NCBI GenBank assembly: GCA_019244185.1
Contig: JAFATB010000020.1
Span: forward strand, 64,001-128,000
Length of the DNA: 64,000 nt
DNA from: Acidobacteriota bacterium
Lineage (GTDB): Bacteria; Acidobacteriota; Thermoanaerobaculia; Gp7-AA8
Direction: 5' to 3'
Part shown: in pieces, positions 8,761-18,495 of the stretch
How the letters are laid out: the number at the start of each line of letters is the position of its first letter
Position numbering within the stretch: the first letter of the stretch is position 1
Program-made: the position numbers and the translations under genes
Notes under the pieces: model-generated
Told to the model about the DNA's origin: nothing
Database searches by the model: none
Seen by the model: the letters and a program-made list of their open reading frames with translations, nothing else

Positions 8761-9381
8761 ATGAACATTCTTTCCCTCGGAGACTCTCTCGCCTACGGCG
8801 CGGGTGACGAGCGCGGCCTCGGCATTCCGGGCCGCCTCGTGAGCGCGCTTCGCGCCCGCGACATCAACGACGCGCGCGCCGTCAACCTCGCGGTCAGCGG
8901 CGCGCAGACCAGCGATCTGATGGCGCGCATGCAGCAGCCGCACGTGCAGCACGAGATCGCCGCCGCCGACGTCATCATCCTGTCGATCGGCGCGAACGAT
9001 CTCTTCCGCTGGAATCAGTCGCGCGAAGAAATCATGCGCGAGCCGCTCGCCGTCGCGGAGTTCATCCTCGGCCGCATCGTGACGATCGTCGCGCAGTTGC
9101 AGGAGCTGAATCCCGACGCGCGCCTGCTGCTCCTCGGCGGCTACAACCCGATCCCGCGCCACGAGTGGGGACCGCTCATCGAGCGCTACATGGGCTTCTG
9201 GGACGAGACGCTGGCCGGCACGTTCGCGCACGACGAGCGCATCTCGGTCGTGAAGATGAGCGATCTCATCAGCGAGCGGCATCTCAGCCGCCACGACAAC
9301 TTCCATCCCGGCGGCACCGCGTACGAAGCCGTCGCGGCGCGCATCGCCGAGATGCTGCTCAGCGAGGAAACGGCGGCGTAA
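8761..9381 (+). CDS. SGNH/GDSL hydrolase
   Basis: LGDSL, IGAND, DNFHP motifs. Confidence 0.92.
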   Translation: MNILSLGDSLAYGAGDERGLGIPGRLVSALRARDINDARAVNLAVSGAQTSDLMARMQQPHVQHEIAAADVIILSIGANDLFRWNQSREEIMREPLAVAEFILGRIVTIVAQLQELNPDARLLLLGGYNPIPRHEWGPLIERYMGFWDETLAGTFAHDERISVVKMSDLISERHLSRHDNFHPGGTAYEAVAARIAEMLLSEETAA

Positions 9382-9434
9382 TAAGCTTGACCCAACTGGC
9401 GTGACGACCTTGCCGTAACGCCACCTTGTTGTTG

Positions 9435-9459
9435 CGTGTACATACGCATGTGCATACGC
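9435..9459 (+). promoter_or_regulatory. Putative toxin-antitoxin autoregulatory operator
   Basis: Direct repeat tgtacatacgc/tgtgcatacgc, partly palindromic, just upstream of the brnT start. Confidence 0.45.
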
Positions 9460-9466
9460 TGCGCTC

Positions 9467-9742
9467 GTGACGAAGTACGAGTGGGATTCAGCGAAAGCCG
9501 CCTCGAATCTGCGCAAACACGGCGTGGGCTTTGCCGATGCGGTCGGTGTCTTCGAGGACGACCGCGCGTTGACAATCGACGACACGACCAGAGACGAGGA
9601 ACGCTTCAAGACACTTGGCTCCGACTTCCTGGGTCGATTGCTGGTGGTGGCGTACACCCTATCGCGGTGATCGAATCCGCTTGATCTCGGCACGTAAGCG
9701 ACCGCTCCACAACGTGACGTTTATGAAAGCAAGAGACGATGA
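9467..9742 (+). pseudogene. brnT: BrnT-family toxin with two compensating frameshifts
   Basis: YEWDSAKAASNLRKHGVGFADA...; YRGDRIRLISARK lies in the +1 frame after about 9660; ATAPQRDVYE returns to the original frame and ends in an ATGA overlap with the antitoxin. Confidence 0.85.
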
Positions 9743-9999
9743 AGAAGACTGACGACTTTTCAAAAGGCAAGCGCGGCGCGGTCGCAGCTGCTGCGACCGG
9801 CAAGTCGCGGATCACGATTCGGATTGATGACGATATCCTCGCGTGGTTTCGCGATCGGGTGAATGCTTCGGGTGGTGGAAATTACCAGACCATGATCAAC
9901 GCCGCGTTACGCGAATACATCGCAAACCGCACGACACCACTCGAGAAAACTCTGCGGCGCGTCATTCGTGAAGAACTGCGAAAGCGCGGAGCCGCATAG
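9739..9999 (+). CDS. brnA: BrnA-family antitoxin
   Basis: DFSKGKRG, ITIRIDDDILAWFR, YQTMINAALREY. Confidence 0.9.
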   Translation: MKKTDDFSKGKRGAVAAAATGKSRITIRIDDDILAWFRDRVNASGGGNYQTMINAALREYIANRTTPLEKTLRRVIREELRKRGAA

Positions 10000-10029
10000 G
10001 TTGCAGCAACAGGTCTCCTGAGCGCCCCC

Positions 10030-11058
10030 TCACTCCCGCAGCGTCCGCGCGTACTCGACGGCGTGGTACGTGATGATGAGGTCCGCACCCGCGCGCTTGA
10101 TCGACGTCAGGATTTCCTGCGTCACGCGCGGTCCGTCGATCCAGCCGCGTTCCGCGGCCGCCTTCACCATCGAGTACTCGCCGCTCACGTTGTACGCCGC
10201 GATCGGCAGCGGGAACTGGTCCCGCGACTGGCGGATGATGTCGAGATATGACAGCGCGGGCTTGACCATGATGATGTCCGCGCCTTCCTCGACGTCGAGC
10301 TGCATCTCGTGCAGCGCCTCGCGCGCGTTCGCCGGATCCATCTGATACGTGCGGCGGTCGCCGAACTGCGGCGCCGACTCCGCGGCCTCGCGGAACGGCC
10401 CGTAGAACCCCGACGCGAACTTCGCCGAGTACGCCATGATTCCGACCTCGGACAACCCGCGTTCGTCGAGCGCGCGGCGGATCGCGCCGATGCGGCCGTC
10501 CATCATGTCCGACGGCGCGACGAAATCCGCGCCCGCGGCCGCGAACGAGATGGCCTGCTTCATCAAGAGCGGCAGCGTCTGATCGTTGTCGACGTCCTTC
10601 ACGCCGTTGCGCTCGACGATCACGCCGCAGTGGCCGTGGTCCGTGTACTCGCACAAGCAAACGTCCGCCATCACCGTCATGGCCGGCACGCTACGCTTGA
10701 TCGCCTCGGTGGCCTGCTGCACGGGACCGGACGGATCCCACGACGACGAGCCGATGCCGTCTTTGAATTCGGGAAGTCCGAAGAGCAGCACCGCGCGCAC
10801 GCCGAGGTCGTAGGCGCGCTTCGCTTCGTCGACGGCCTCGCGGACGCGGAGCTGTTCGACGCCGGGCATCGAGCCGATCGGCGCGCGCGCGCGGCTGTTC
10901 GGGACGACGAACAGCGGATAGATGAGGTCTTCGGCGCGCACGACCGTCTCGCGCACGAGCGCGCGGATGCCGTCGCTGCGGCGCAGGCGGCGCGGACGCC
11001 GCGTCAGCGTCTCCTTCGCCGCGATCTCATTCGTCGGACTCAGCGTCTTCGTCGTCAT
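10030..11058 (-). CDS. hemB: Porphobilinogen synthase (ALA dehydratase)
   Basis: RPRRLR, DVCLCEYTDHGHCG, SDMMDGR, MVKPAL. Confidence 0.98.
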   Translation of the reverse strand: MTTKTLSPTNEIAAKETLTRRPRRLRRSDGIRALVRETVVRAEDLIYPLFVVPNSRARAPIGSMPGVEQLRVREAVDEAKRAYDLGVRAVLLFGLPEFKDGIGSSSWDPSGPVQQATEAIKRSVPAMTVMADVCLCEYTDHGHCGVIVERNGVKDVDNDQTLPLLMKQAISFAAAGADFVAPSDMMDGRIGAIRRALDERGLSEVGIMAYSAKFASGFYGPFREAAESAPQFGDRRTYQMDPANAREALHEMQLDVEEGADIIMVKPALSYLDIIRQSRDQFPLPIAAYNVSGEYSMVKAAAERGWIDGPRVTQEILTSIKRAGADLIITYHAVEYARTLRE

Positions 11059-11239
11059 CAGGTTCTCCGGAGAAATAGTAGGCGCGCGCGCATTCGGGCG
11101 AGCAGAAGCGGCGCCCGTGTCCCGCGCGATGCGCGCAGTCGGAACAGAAGTGGCGGTTGCAGATGGTGCACAGCTCGAGACGCGCCGTCTCCTCCGACTC
11201 GCCGCATCCCACGCAAACGCGATCGGGACTCTCGGTCAT
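11027..11239 (-). CDS. Small Cys-rich zinc-finger-like protein with acidic tail
   Basis: CVGC, CTIC, CSDC, CSPEC in 70 aa; overlaps the hemB start. Confidence 0.7.
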   Translation of the reverse strand: MTESPDRVCVGCGESEETARLELCTICNRHFCSDCAHRAGHGRRFCSPECARAYYFSGEPDDDEDAESDE

Positions 11240-11264
11240 TGCGCCAGCAGTGTACCGCCGTGCG

Positions 11265-13196
11265 TCATTGCCAGCCCGCGGCCTTGAGCCGGCTCAGCGC
11301 GCCGCGGTGGCTCGGGTTGAAGCGCAGCGCCTCGCGCAGCTCCTCGCGCGCGGCGTCGAGGTTGCCGCGGCGCGCGTCGAGATCGGCGCGGAAGACGAGC
11401 GCGTCGGGCACGTACGGCGCGAGCGCGAGCGCGGTGTCGATCTCGCGCGTGGCGGTGTCGTAGTCGCCGCGATTCGCGGCGTTGATGCTGAGCATCACGT
11501 GCGGACGGAAGAGATCGTGCGTCGTCGGATCGCTGGCCAGCTGCGAGAGCGCGCGTTCGCCGCGCCCGTCGTGCATGCTCGCCAGCGCGAGCGCGGCGTT
11601 CTGCCGCACCTGCAGCGACGGATCGTTGAGGAAGCGCGCGAGCGCATCGGCGGACGAACGCGCGTCGGCGTATCCGAGGGCTTCGATGAAGCGCGAGCGG
11701 ACGAGCGCGTCGCGGTCGGGCAGCAGCGGCGTGAGGATGCTCGCGGCGTCGTGCGGGAAACGCTGCGCGAGCAGCAGCGCCAGCGCGCCGCGCAGCGTCG
11801 GCGCCTCGTGCGTGTCGCGGACGACGGCGGTGAGCGCGGGAAGACTCTGCGCAGACGTCTTCTCGTCGATCGCGTCGGCGAGCTGAGCGCGGCGCTGCTG
11901 CCGTCGCGCGGCATCCGGCCACCAGCGCGTGAGGTCGATCGCAATCGTCGTCGCCGGGCGATCGGCGTGGCAGACGCCGCACGCGTTCGGGATGTTGTGC
12001 TTCAACGTGTTCGTCGCATTCGGCACATCGATGGTGTGGTCGGCGAACTTGTCGAGCACGCCGCTGACGACCGGCGGCATGTGACAGGCGACGCACGTCG
12101 CCTGCGGCGATGCGTGATGCGTGTGCGCCGCGCCCTGCGCGACGACGTTCGCGTGGCACTTGCGGCACGATGCGTTCGCGTCGCCGGCGATCTCGTTCGC
12201 GACGTGGCGGTCATGCGGCGCGGTGTGACACGTGAGGCACGTCGCGCCGCCGATGAGATGACAGCGCGACTGCAGCAGCGCCTGATACTCGAAGCTCGAG
12301 CTGCTCGGACGGCCGTCGGCGAAGTACTCGCCGCTGCGCTCACGTCCGTCGACGACGACCAGCGCCTGATAGCGGTCGTCGTAGCGCTGGCCCGGACGGA
12401 AGCGCTGCTTCGTATCGAGCATCGGGAAGAGCGGTTCGCGGGGTCCGTGGCATTGCCCGCAGATCGCGAGCTCGACGTCCGCGTTCACTTCGCCGGGATG
12501 CACGATGTCGCGCGCGAGCTTCGTCTTCGCGTGCAGCGCGCCGGGACCGTGGCACGACTCGCACGCCACGCCCGCATCGACGAACGACGTCGACCAGCGC
12601 TTCGACGGGCGGTCATAGTGCACGTCGACGCCGGTGGCGTGGCAGTCGAGGCATTCCTTGTTCGCCGTGCGGCGGAAGTTCATCCAAAAGTACGGATGAT
12701 CCGGCGCGACGACGCCCTGCTTCGCCTCGTTGTAGTCGACCCACGCGCCGCCGCCGGTGACGTGATAGTAGACCGGCAGCACCTGCCAGCGTCCGTCGCC
12801 GAAGACCGTGACGGAGTCCTGCATGCGCTTGCCGCCGATGACCCACGAGACCGGATAGTCCGCTAGTTGACCTTCGCGGTCGCGCGTGCGCATGACGTAC
12901 TCGCCGCCGCGGCGATCCATCCACGCCTCGCTCGACGGCCCCTGAAAATGCGCGGCGTCGAAGCGGCCGGCCACGTAGTTCGCGGTGGCGCGGCTGAGCG
13001 CGCGCGCGTGCCAGTCTTGCGTCCAGTGCTCGTACTTTTTCGCGTGGCAGTCGCGGCAGGCGGCGGAGCCGATGTACGCGTCGCGCGGCGGCAGCGCCGC
13101 CGTCGCGGAGAGCGCCGCGGACTCATGCTTCCGGCAGGCCGTGAGGAGGAAGCCGAGGAGAACGAGAGCCGGGAGGAGAGCGCGGCGCGGGGGCAT
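11265..13196 (-). CDS. Multiheme c-type cytochrome lipoprotein with HEAT and TPR repeats
   Basis: Lipobox LTAC; eight CxxCH motifs (CRDCH, CLDCH, CESCH, CGQCH, CLTCH, CRKCH, CVACH, CGVCH); helical repeat C-terminus. Confidence 0.88.
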   Translation of the reverse strand: MPPRRALLPALVLLGFLLTACRKHESAALSATAALPPRDAYIGSAACRDCHAKKYEHWTQDWHARALSRATANYVAGRFDAAHFQGPSSEAWMDRRGGEYVMRTRDREGQLADYPVSWVIGGKRMQDSVTVFGDGRWQVLPVYYHVTGGGAWVDYNEAKQGVVAPDHPYFWMNFRRTANKECLDCHATGVDVHYDRPSKRWSTSFVDAGVACESCHGPGALHAKTKLARDIVHPGEVNADVELAICGQCHGPREPLFPMLDTKQRFRPGQRYDDRYQALVVVDGRERSGEYFADGRPSSSSFEYQALLQSRCHLIGGATCLTCHTAPHDRHVANEIAGDANASCRKCHANVVAQGAAHTHHASPQATCVACHMPPVVSGVLDKFADHTIDVPNATNTLKHNIPNACGVCHADRPATTIAIDLTRWWPDAARRQQRRAQLADAIDEKTSAQSLPALTAVVRDTHEAPTLRGALALLLAQRFPHDAASILTPLLPDRDALVRSRFIEALGYADARSSADALARFLNDPSLQVRQNAALALASMHDGRGERALSQLASDPTTHDLFRPHVMLSINAANRGDYDTATREIDTALALAPYVPDALVFRADLDARRGNLDAAREELREALRFNPSHRGALSRLKAAGWQ

Positions 13197-13259
13197 GCGG
13201 TCGGCGCAGTGTAGCCGACGCGGCCATTGCCGCACAGCGATGCTAGGATCGCCGTCCTT

Positions 13260-15182
13260 ATGCAATTCAATCTGAACGGAATCGTCCGCTCTGGTGGCAC
13301 GCCCGAGGCCGGCTCGCCCGCAAACCCGTTTCGTCCCACCTACGTGCCGCTCGCCGGCGCGAAGGTCGAGCTCCGCGACGCCGGGCTCTCGGCGGCGATC
13401 GACCAGACGACGGCCGGCAGCGACGGCACATTCAAGCTGCAGGCGTTTCACTATGGCGCCAACGCGATCTACTACGTCGTGGCGAAGGTGAGCGACGAGG
13501 TCGTGCTGATGGCCGTCATCGGCCAGGCGCTGTGGGTCACCGAGATCGTGGTCAACGAGTTGACCACCGTGGCCGCGGTCTACTCGCTCGCGCAGTTCTT
13601 CAACGCGCAGCAGCTGGTCGAAGGCCCGAGGTTCGGCCTGCGCATCGCCGCGCTGATGAACACGAACATCGCCGAGGTGCGCAGCGGCCAGTCGTCGGAC
13701 GTCCTGGCCAAGCCGCCCAACCATGACCAGACCAACGCGTGGCGCCTCTCGCACTCGCTCGCGAATCTGCTCCTGACCTGCGTGCGCGATCCGCAGACGG
13801 CCTGCTCCGCGCTGTTCGACGCCACCACCTCGCCGAGCGGCGTGCGTCCGGCGAACACGATCGAGGCGATGCTGAACATCGTGCGCTACCCCGCCAACAA
13901 CGTGCACACCATCTACGGCCAGGCGCTCGCCGCCGACGTCTACCGGCCGCCGCTCGAGAACGAGCCCGACGCGTGGACGCTCGCCGTTAAAGTGAACGAC
14001 TCCGGCAACAACGACATGATGTTCGGCGGCCCCGGCAACATCACCTTCGACCGCTACGGCCGCGCGTGGATCCCGAACAACGTCGTGCAGGGACATCCGT
14101 ACTCGTGCGACTGGGCGATCCTGCTCGATCCCGCGGGACGCCCCGCGGTCGGCGAAGACCAGAAGCTGCTCTCCCCCATCACCGGCGGCGGCATCATCGG
14201 TGGCGGCTTCGGCGTCGCCATCGACTCGAGCGATCACGTCTGGCTCGGCAACTTCGGCTGGGGCGGCGAGGATTACTACCCTCCGCAATGCGTGTCGCAG
14301 CTCGAGCTCGACACCACTCCCATCACGCCGGACGGCACGGGCGGCGCGGATCGCGTGCAGGGCACGGTCGTCGATCCGGCGACCGACCACGTCTGGTTCG
14401 CCGGCTTTCAGAGCCACACCGTCTTCGTCTACCTCCGCGGCTCGTCGACCAACGTCGCCCGCTACGATCCGCACGACGAGAACTTCGTTCCGTTCGGGAT
14501 CGCCATCGCCGCCGACGGCACGGCGTGGGTCACGTGCACGAAGCCGTCGAACGCGCAGCTCGTGCATCTGCAGATCAACGGCTTGAACATCAATCCCATC
14601 GGTGACCCGATCCCCGTCGGCGCGCAGAACAAAGGCGTGGTCATCGACTCGGCGGGCAACATCTGGATGGCCGCGGCGTCCGACGAGGAGAGCAAGGATC
14701 TGGTCTATCTCTTCGCCTCCGACGGCACGCAGCGCGGTGCCTTCTCCGGCGGCGGCATGCACGGACCGTGGGGCCTCGCGCTCGACGGCGCCGACAATCT
14801 CTGGGTCGGCAACTTCGGCTCGATGGTGCCCGGAAACGTGTTCGAAGGACGCCTCGCGGGATTCACCGCCGCGACGTCCGCCAATCCCGGCCAGCCGCTG
14901 ACGCCGTCGACCGGCTACACGCTCCCGAGCGCCGGCATGCCGGTGCGGCTCGCGAACCACGAGCTGCTCTACGGCAAAGAGAGCGACCCGACGTACATCC
15001 CGATGATGCGCACGACCGGCCTGCAGGTCGACGCCGCGGGCAACGTCTGGACGTGCAACAACTGGAAGCCGAACTTCACCGAGGACTTCGAACATGGCGG
15101 CTCGACCGGCAACTCCGGCGGCGACGGCATCGTGATCTTCGTCGGCATCGCCGTGCCGGTCATTCCGAAAGGCGCCGCATGA
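13260..15182 (+). CDS. NHL/Vgb-like beta-propeller repeat protein
   Basis: Repeated G-[IVL]-A-[IL]-D-x-x-[GD]-[NH]-[VIL]-W blades. Confidence 0.8.
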   Translation: MQFNLNGIVRSGGTPEAGSPANPFRPTYVPLAGAKVELRDAGLSAAIDQTTAGSDGTFKLQAFHYGANAIYYVVAKVSDEVVLMAVIGQALWVTEIVVNELTTVAAVYSLAQFFNAQQLVEGPRFGLRIAALMNTNIAEVRSGQSSDVLAKPPNHDQTNAWRLSHSLANLLLTCVRDPQTACSALFDATTSPSGVRPANTIEAMLNIVRYPANNVHTIYGQALAADVYRPPLENEPDAWTLAVKVNDSGNNDMMFGGPGNITFDRYGRAWIPNNVVQGHPYSCDWAILLDPAGRPAVGEDQKLLSPITGGGIIGGGFGVAIDSSDHVWLGNFGWGGEDYYPPQCVSQLELDTTPITPDGTGGADRVQGTVVDPATDHVWFAGFQSHTVFVYLRGSSTNVARYDPHDENFVPFGIAIAADGTAWVTCTKPSNAQLVHLQINGLNINPIGDPIPVGAQNKGVVIDSAGNIWMAAASDEESKDLVYLFASDGTQRGAFSGGGMHGPWGLALDGADNLWVGNFGSMVPGNVFEGRLAGFTAATSANPGQPLTPSTGYTLPSAGMPVRLANHELLYGKESDPTYIPMMRTTGLQVDAAGNVWTCNNWKPNFTEDFEHGGSTGNSGGDGIVIFVGIAVPVIPKGAA

Positions 15183-16009
15183 CCACGCCGCTGCCGCCGA
15201 TCGCCGCGGTGACGACGATCGACGAGGTCATCGCCTCGATCCAGTCGATCATCGACTGGAGCATCGCCAACGCGAGCCGCCTCGGATACTTCGCCGCGCT
15301 CTACAAGCGCATCACGCTTGCGATTCGCAACGGCATCCAGAGCGGTCTCTTCGATGACGGTCCGCGCATGGAGCGCTTCGACGTCACGTTCGCGAGCCGC
15401 TACTTCGCCGCGCTCAACGCGTACTTTTACCCCGCGCAGTACCCGCCGATCTCGCATTGCTGGCGCATCGCGTTCGACGGCGCGCAGCAGCCCGCGCCGA
15501 TCCTCGTGCAGCACATGCTCGCCGGCATCAATGCGCACATCGATCTCGACCTCGGCATCGCCGCCGAAGTCGTCGCGCCCGGCGCGCTGCTCCCGTCGCT
15601 GCATCACGACTTCAACACCGTCAACGCCGTGCTCGCGAGCCAGACCTCGACCGTCGTCGACGAGATCGACTCGCTCTCGCCGGTGCTCGCGGAGCTCTAC
15701 GATCTGCTGATGAAGTACGAGCTCGATCTCATCGCCGACGGACTCGTCGTCGTGCGCGATGCGGCGTGGGACTTCGCGAAGCTGCTCGCGTTCGAGCCGG
15801 CGATCCTGCATCCCGCGTCGATCTCGCTGCACGATCTCGAGGTCGCGCAGCTCGGCGCGCTGATCCTGCATCCGCCCGCGCTGCTCGCGAACATCGTCGC
15901 GGCGATCGCCTCGCAGGAGAGCCGCGACATCGTCAAGAACATCCAGACGCTCGACGGCATCGCCAACCATCCCGCGCCGATGACGAAAGCCGCGGCGGCG
16001 AAGATCTAG
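15179..16009 (+). CDS. DUF5995-like protein
   Basis: GYFAALYKRIT, FDVTFASRY, LAGINAHIDLDL; ATGA overlap with the upstream gene. Confidence 0.78.
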   Translation: MTTPLPPIAAVTTIDEVIASIQSIIDWSIANASRLGYFAALYKRITLAIRNGIQSGLFDDGPRMERFDVTFASRYFAALNAYFYPAQYPPISHCWRIAFDGAQQPAPILVQHMLAGINAHIDLDLGIAAEVVAPGALLPSLHHDFNTVNAVLASQTSTVVDEIDSLSPVLAELYDLLMKYELDLIADGLVVVRDAAWDFAKLLAFEPAILHPASISLHDLEVAQLGALILHPPALLANIVAAIASQESRDIVKNIQTLDGIANHPAPMTKAAAAKI

Positions 16010-16060
16010 CTCACCGCGCGGCGCCACGCGCCGGTCTCAAATCGTGCAGAATCGCCGCGC

Positions 16061-16981
16061 ATGAGCATTCTCGATGCGATCGGCAACACGTCTCTCGTCC
16101 GCTTGCGCCACGTCGTGCCGCCGCATTGCGCGGACGTCTTCGTGAAGCTCGAATGGGAGAACCCGACCGGCAGCATGAAGGACCGCATGGCGCAGGCGGT
16201 CATCACGCGCGCGGAAGCGGACGGACGCTTGCAGCCCGGCGACACGGTGGTCGAGTACACCGGCGGCAGCACCGGCACGTCGCTCGCGCTCGTCTGCGCC
16301 GCGAAGGGTTACCCTATCCGCATCGTCACCTCCGACGCCTTCAGCAAGGAGAAGCGCGACCACATGGCCGCCCTCGGCGCCGAGCTCACGCTCGTCCCGA
16401 GCGAAGGCGGCCTCACGACGAAGAAGCTCATCCTCGACATGATCGAGACCGCGCGCGCGATCAGCCGCGAGCCGCGCACGTACTGGACGAATCAGCTCGA
16501 GAACCACGACAGCATCGCCGGCTATCACGCCGTCGGCGAAGAGATCTGGAAGCAAACTGAAGGTCGCGTCGACGCGTTCGTGCAATCCGTCGGAACCGCT
16601 GCGTCGCTGCGCGGCGTGGCCGCGGTGCTCAAGCGACACAACGCGTCCACGCAAATCGTCGCCGTCGAGCCTGCGGAATCCGCCGTGCTGCGCGGCGGCC
16701 CACCCGGTCCGCACAAAATCGAAGGCGTCGGCATCGGCTACACGCCGCCGCTGTGGGAACCATCGGAAGTCGACGAGATCCTCGCCGTCCCCACGGCGGA
16801 TGCGAAAGCGATGGCCCGCCGTCTCGCCCGCGAAGAAGCGCTTTTCGCCGGAACGTCGTCCGGCGCGAACGTCATCGCCGCGATCGAAGTGGCCGCGAAG
16901 CTCGGCCCGGGCAAGACGGTGGTCACGCTGATGGTGGACTCGGGACTCAAGTACCTGAGCACGGACGTGTTTGGGAGATGA
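16061..16981 (+). CDS. cysK: Cysteine synthase family PLP enzyme
   Basis: IGNT, KLEWENPTGSMKDR, HKIEGVG, DSGLKYLST. Confidence 0.88.
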   Translation: MSILDAIGNTSLVRLRHVVPPHCADVFVKLEWENPTGSMKDRMAQAVITRAEADGRLQPGDTVVEYTGGSTGTSLALVCAAKGYPIRIVTSDAFSKEKRDHMAALGAELTLVPSEGGLTTKKLILDMIETARAISREPRTYWTNQLENHDSIAGYHAVGEEIWKQTEGRVDAFVQSVGTAASLRGVAAVLKRHNASTQIVAVEPAESAVLRGGPPGPHKIEGVGIGYTPPLWEPSEVDEILAVPTADAKAMARRLAREEALFAGTSSGANVIAAIEVAAKLGPGKTVVTLMVDSGLKYLSTDVFGR

Positions 16982-17016
16982 CGCGATGCAGCCGGCGCTT
17001 CGCGCGGCTGATCGAG

Positions 17017-17093
17017 TGGTGGCGGTGACTGGAGTCGAACCAGTGACCTAGCGCTTATGAGACGCCCGCTCTAACCATCTGAGCTACACCGCC
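17017..17093 (-). tRNA. tRNA-Met (CAT), probably elongator
   Basis: GGCGGTGTAGCTCAG...CT CAT AA...GGTTCGACTCC...CACCGCCACCA; cloverleaf with encoded CCA. Confidence 0.95.
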
Positions 17094-17110
17094 ATTCAGG
17101 TGGGACCGGC

Positions 17111-17139
17111 ATTGTAGGAACGGCTGCCGGGACCGTCAA
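17111..17139 (-). promoter_or_regulatory. Sigma-70 promoter for tRNA-Met
   Basis: TTGACG-N17-TACAAT on the minus strand. Confidence 0.8.
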
Positions 17140-17193
17140 GCAGCTCTCAACCGGCGGCCCGCGGGGAACATTTCGGAGCCATACTTCGGCTCG

Positions 17194-18495
17194 ATGGTCG
17201 TCGAAGCGCTACGCGCGTTTCTCCGCGAGCACGAGGTCGCGCCGTGCCGCATCGTCGTCGCCGTCTCCGGTGGCGTCGACTCGACGGCGCTGCTCCTCGC
17301 CTGCGCCGCGCTGCGCGACGACGGCTTTGCCGTCGTCGCGGCGCACGTGAATCATCATCTCCGCGGCGACGAGTCGGATGCGGACGAGGCGTTCGTGCGC
17401 GCGCTCTGCGCGCGGTACGACCTCGCACTCGAAGTCGCGGACGGCACGCTCGATCCGGAGCGCGTCCGTGCGCGCGGCATCGAGGCCGCGGCGCGCGAGG
17501 TGCGTTACGCGCGTCTACAGGAGATCCGCGCGCGAACGAACGCGAAGTGGATCGTCACCGCGCACCAGAAAAACGACCAGGCCGAGACGGTGCTCATGCG
17601 CCTGCTGACGGACAGCGGCATCGCGGGGCTGCGCGGCATTCATCCGATCCGCGACGACCGCGTGTTGCGGCCGCTGCTCGACGTCACGCGCGCGCAACTC
17701 GAAGCATTCGTCCGCGAACACGACCTCACACCGCGCCACGACTCCTCGAACGACGATCCGCGCTTTCTCCGCAACCGCGTCCGCGCGCTCCTGCGCGAGC
17801 TCAACGCGACGGACAACCTCGCGAACGTCGCGCGCGACGCGCGCGCGCAATGGCCGATCCTCGAACGCGCGATCGACGACGCGGAGCGCGTCGAGTGCAC
17901 CGCCCGCGAGACGCGCTTCCTCGAACTGCCGCACGAGACGTGGCTCCTCGCCGCGCTGCTGCGGCGCCACATCCGCCGTCTCGATCCCGACGCGCGCGAC
18001 TTCGACGCCACCCGCCTCGCGCACGACCTCGATAGGCAACGCCGCATCAGCGTCACGAAGCATCTCGAGCTCGTACGCGACGCACGCGGCTACGTGCTCC
18101 GCAAGCATCGGCACGAAGCACCGCCGCCTTTCGCCTTCGAGATCACGCCGAACGTCCCCACGCACCTCGAGCCGCTCGCGCAGACGCTCCATCTCGTCCA
18201 TCCCGCGCGCGACGGACATCAGCGCTTCCAACTCCCACGCGCCACCAAAGGTGTCTTCACGGTCCGCAACCGCCGCGGCGGCGATCGCTTTCAGCCCCTC
18301 GGCATGGATCGTCCGAAAAAGCTGAAGGATTTTCTGATTGATCGTAAGATTGCGGCCGAGGTCCGCGATTCGATTCCGTTGCTGTTGTGCGGGGACGAGA
18401 TCGTGTGGGTCGCGGGCGTCGAGATCTCGGAACGCTTCAAAGTCACCGACCCGGCGGGTGAGCTCTACGAAGTATGGCTGGAAGGCTCGCGATGA
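17194..18495 (+). CDS. tilS: tRNA(Ile)-lysidine synthetase
   Basis: AVSGGVDS, EAAAREVRY, TAHQKNDQAET, RPLL, RNRVR, KKLKDFLID. Confidence 0.96.
   Translation: MVVEALRAFLREHEVAPCRIVVAVSGGVDSTALLLACAALRDDGFAVVAAHVNHHLRGDESDADEAFVRALCARYDLALEVADGTLDPERVRARGIEAAAREVRYARLQEIRARTNAKWIVTAHQKNDQAETVLMRLLTDSGIAGLRGIHPIRDDRVLRPLLDVTRAQLEAFVREHDLTPRHDSSNDDPRFLRNRVRALLRELNATDNLANVARDARAQWPILERAIDDAERVECTARETRFLELPHETWLLAALLRRHIRRLDPDARDFDATRLAHDLDRQRRISVTKHLELVRDARGYVLRKHRHEAPPPFAFEITPNVPTHLEPLAQTLHLVHPARDGHQRFQLPRATKGVFTVRNRRGGDRFQPLGMDRPKKLKDFLIDRKIAAEVRDSIPLLLCGDEIVWVAGVEISERFKVTDPAGELYEVWLEGSR

Noticed and set aside
11265-17017. tRNA-Met-anchored genomic island
   Set aside because: No integrase, no duplicated tRNA 3' end found, and composition matches the backbone.
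17017-17093. tRNA-Ile2 (TilS substrate) next to tilS
   Set aside because: The acceptor stem GGCGGTG resembles elongator tRNA-Met and lacks the C4/C5 pairs typical of Ile2; an isotype-specific model would settle it.
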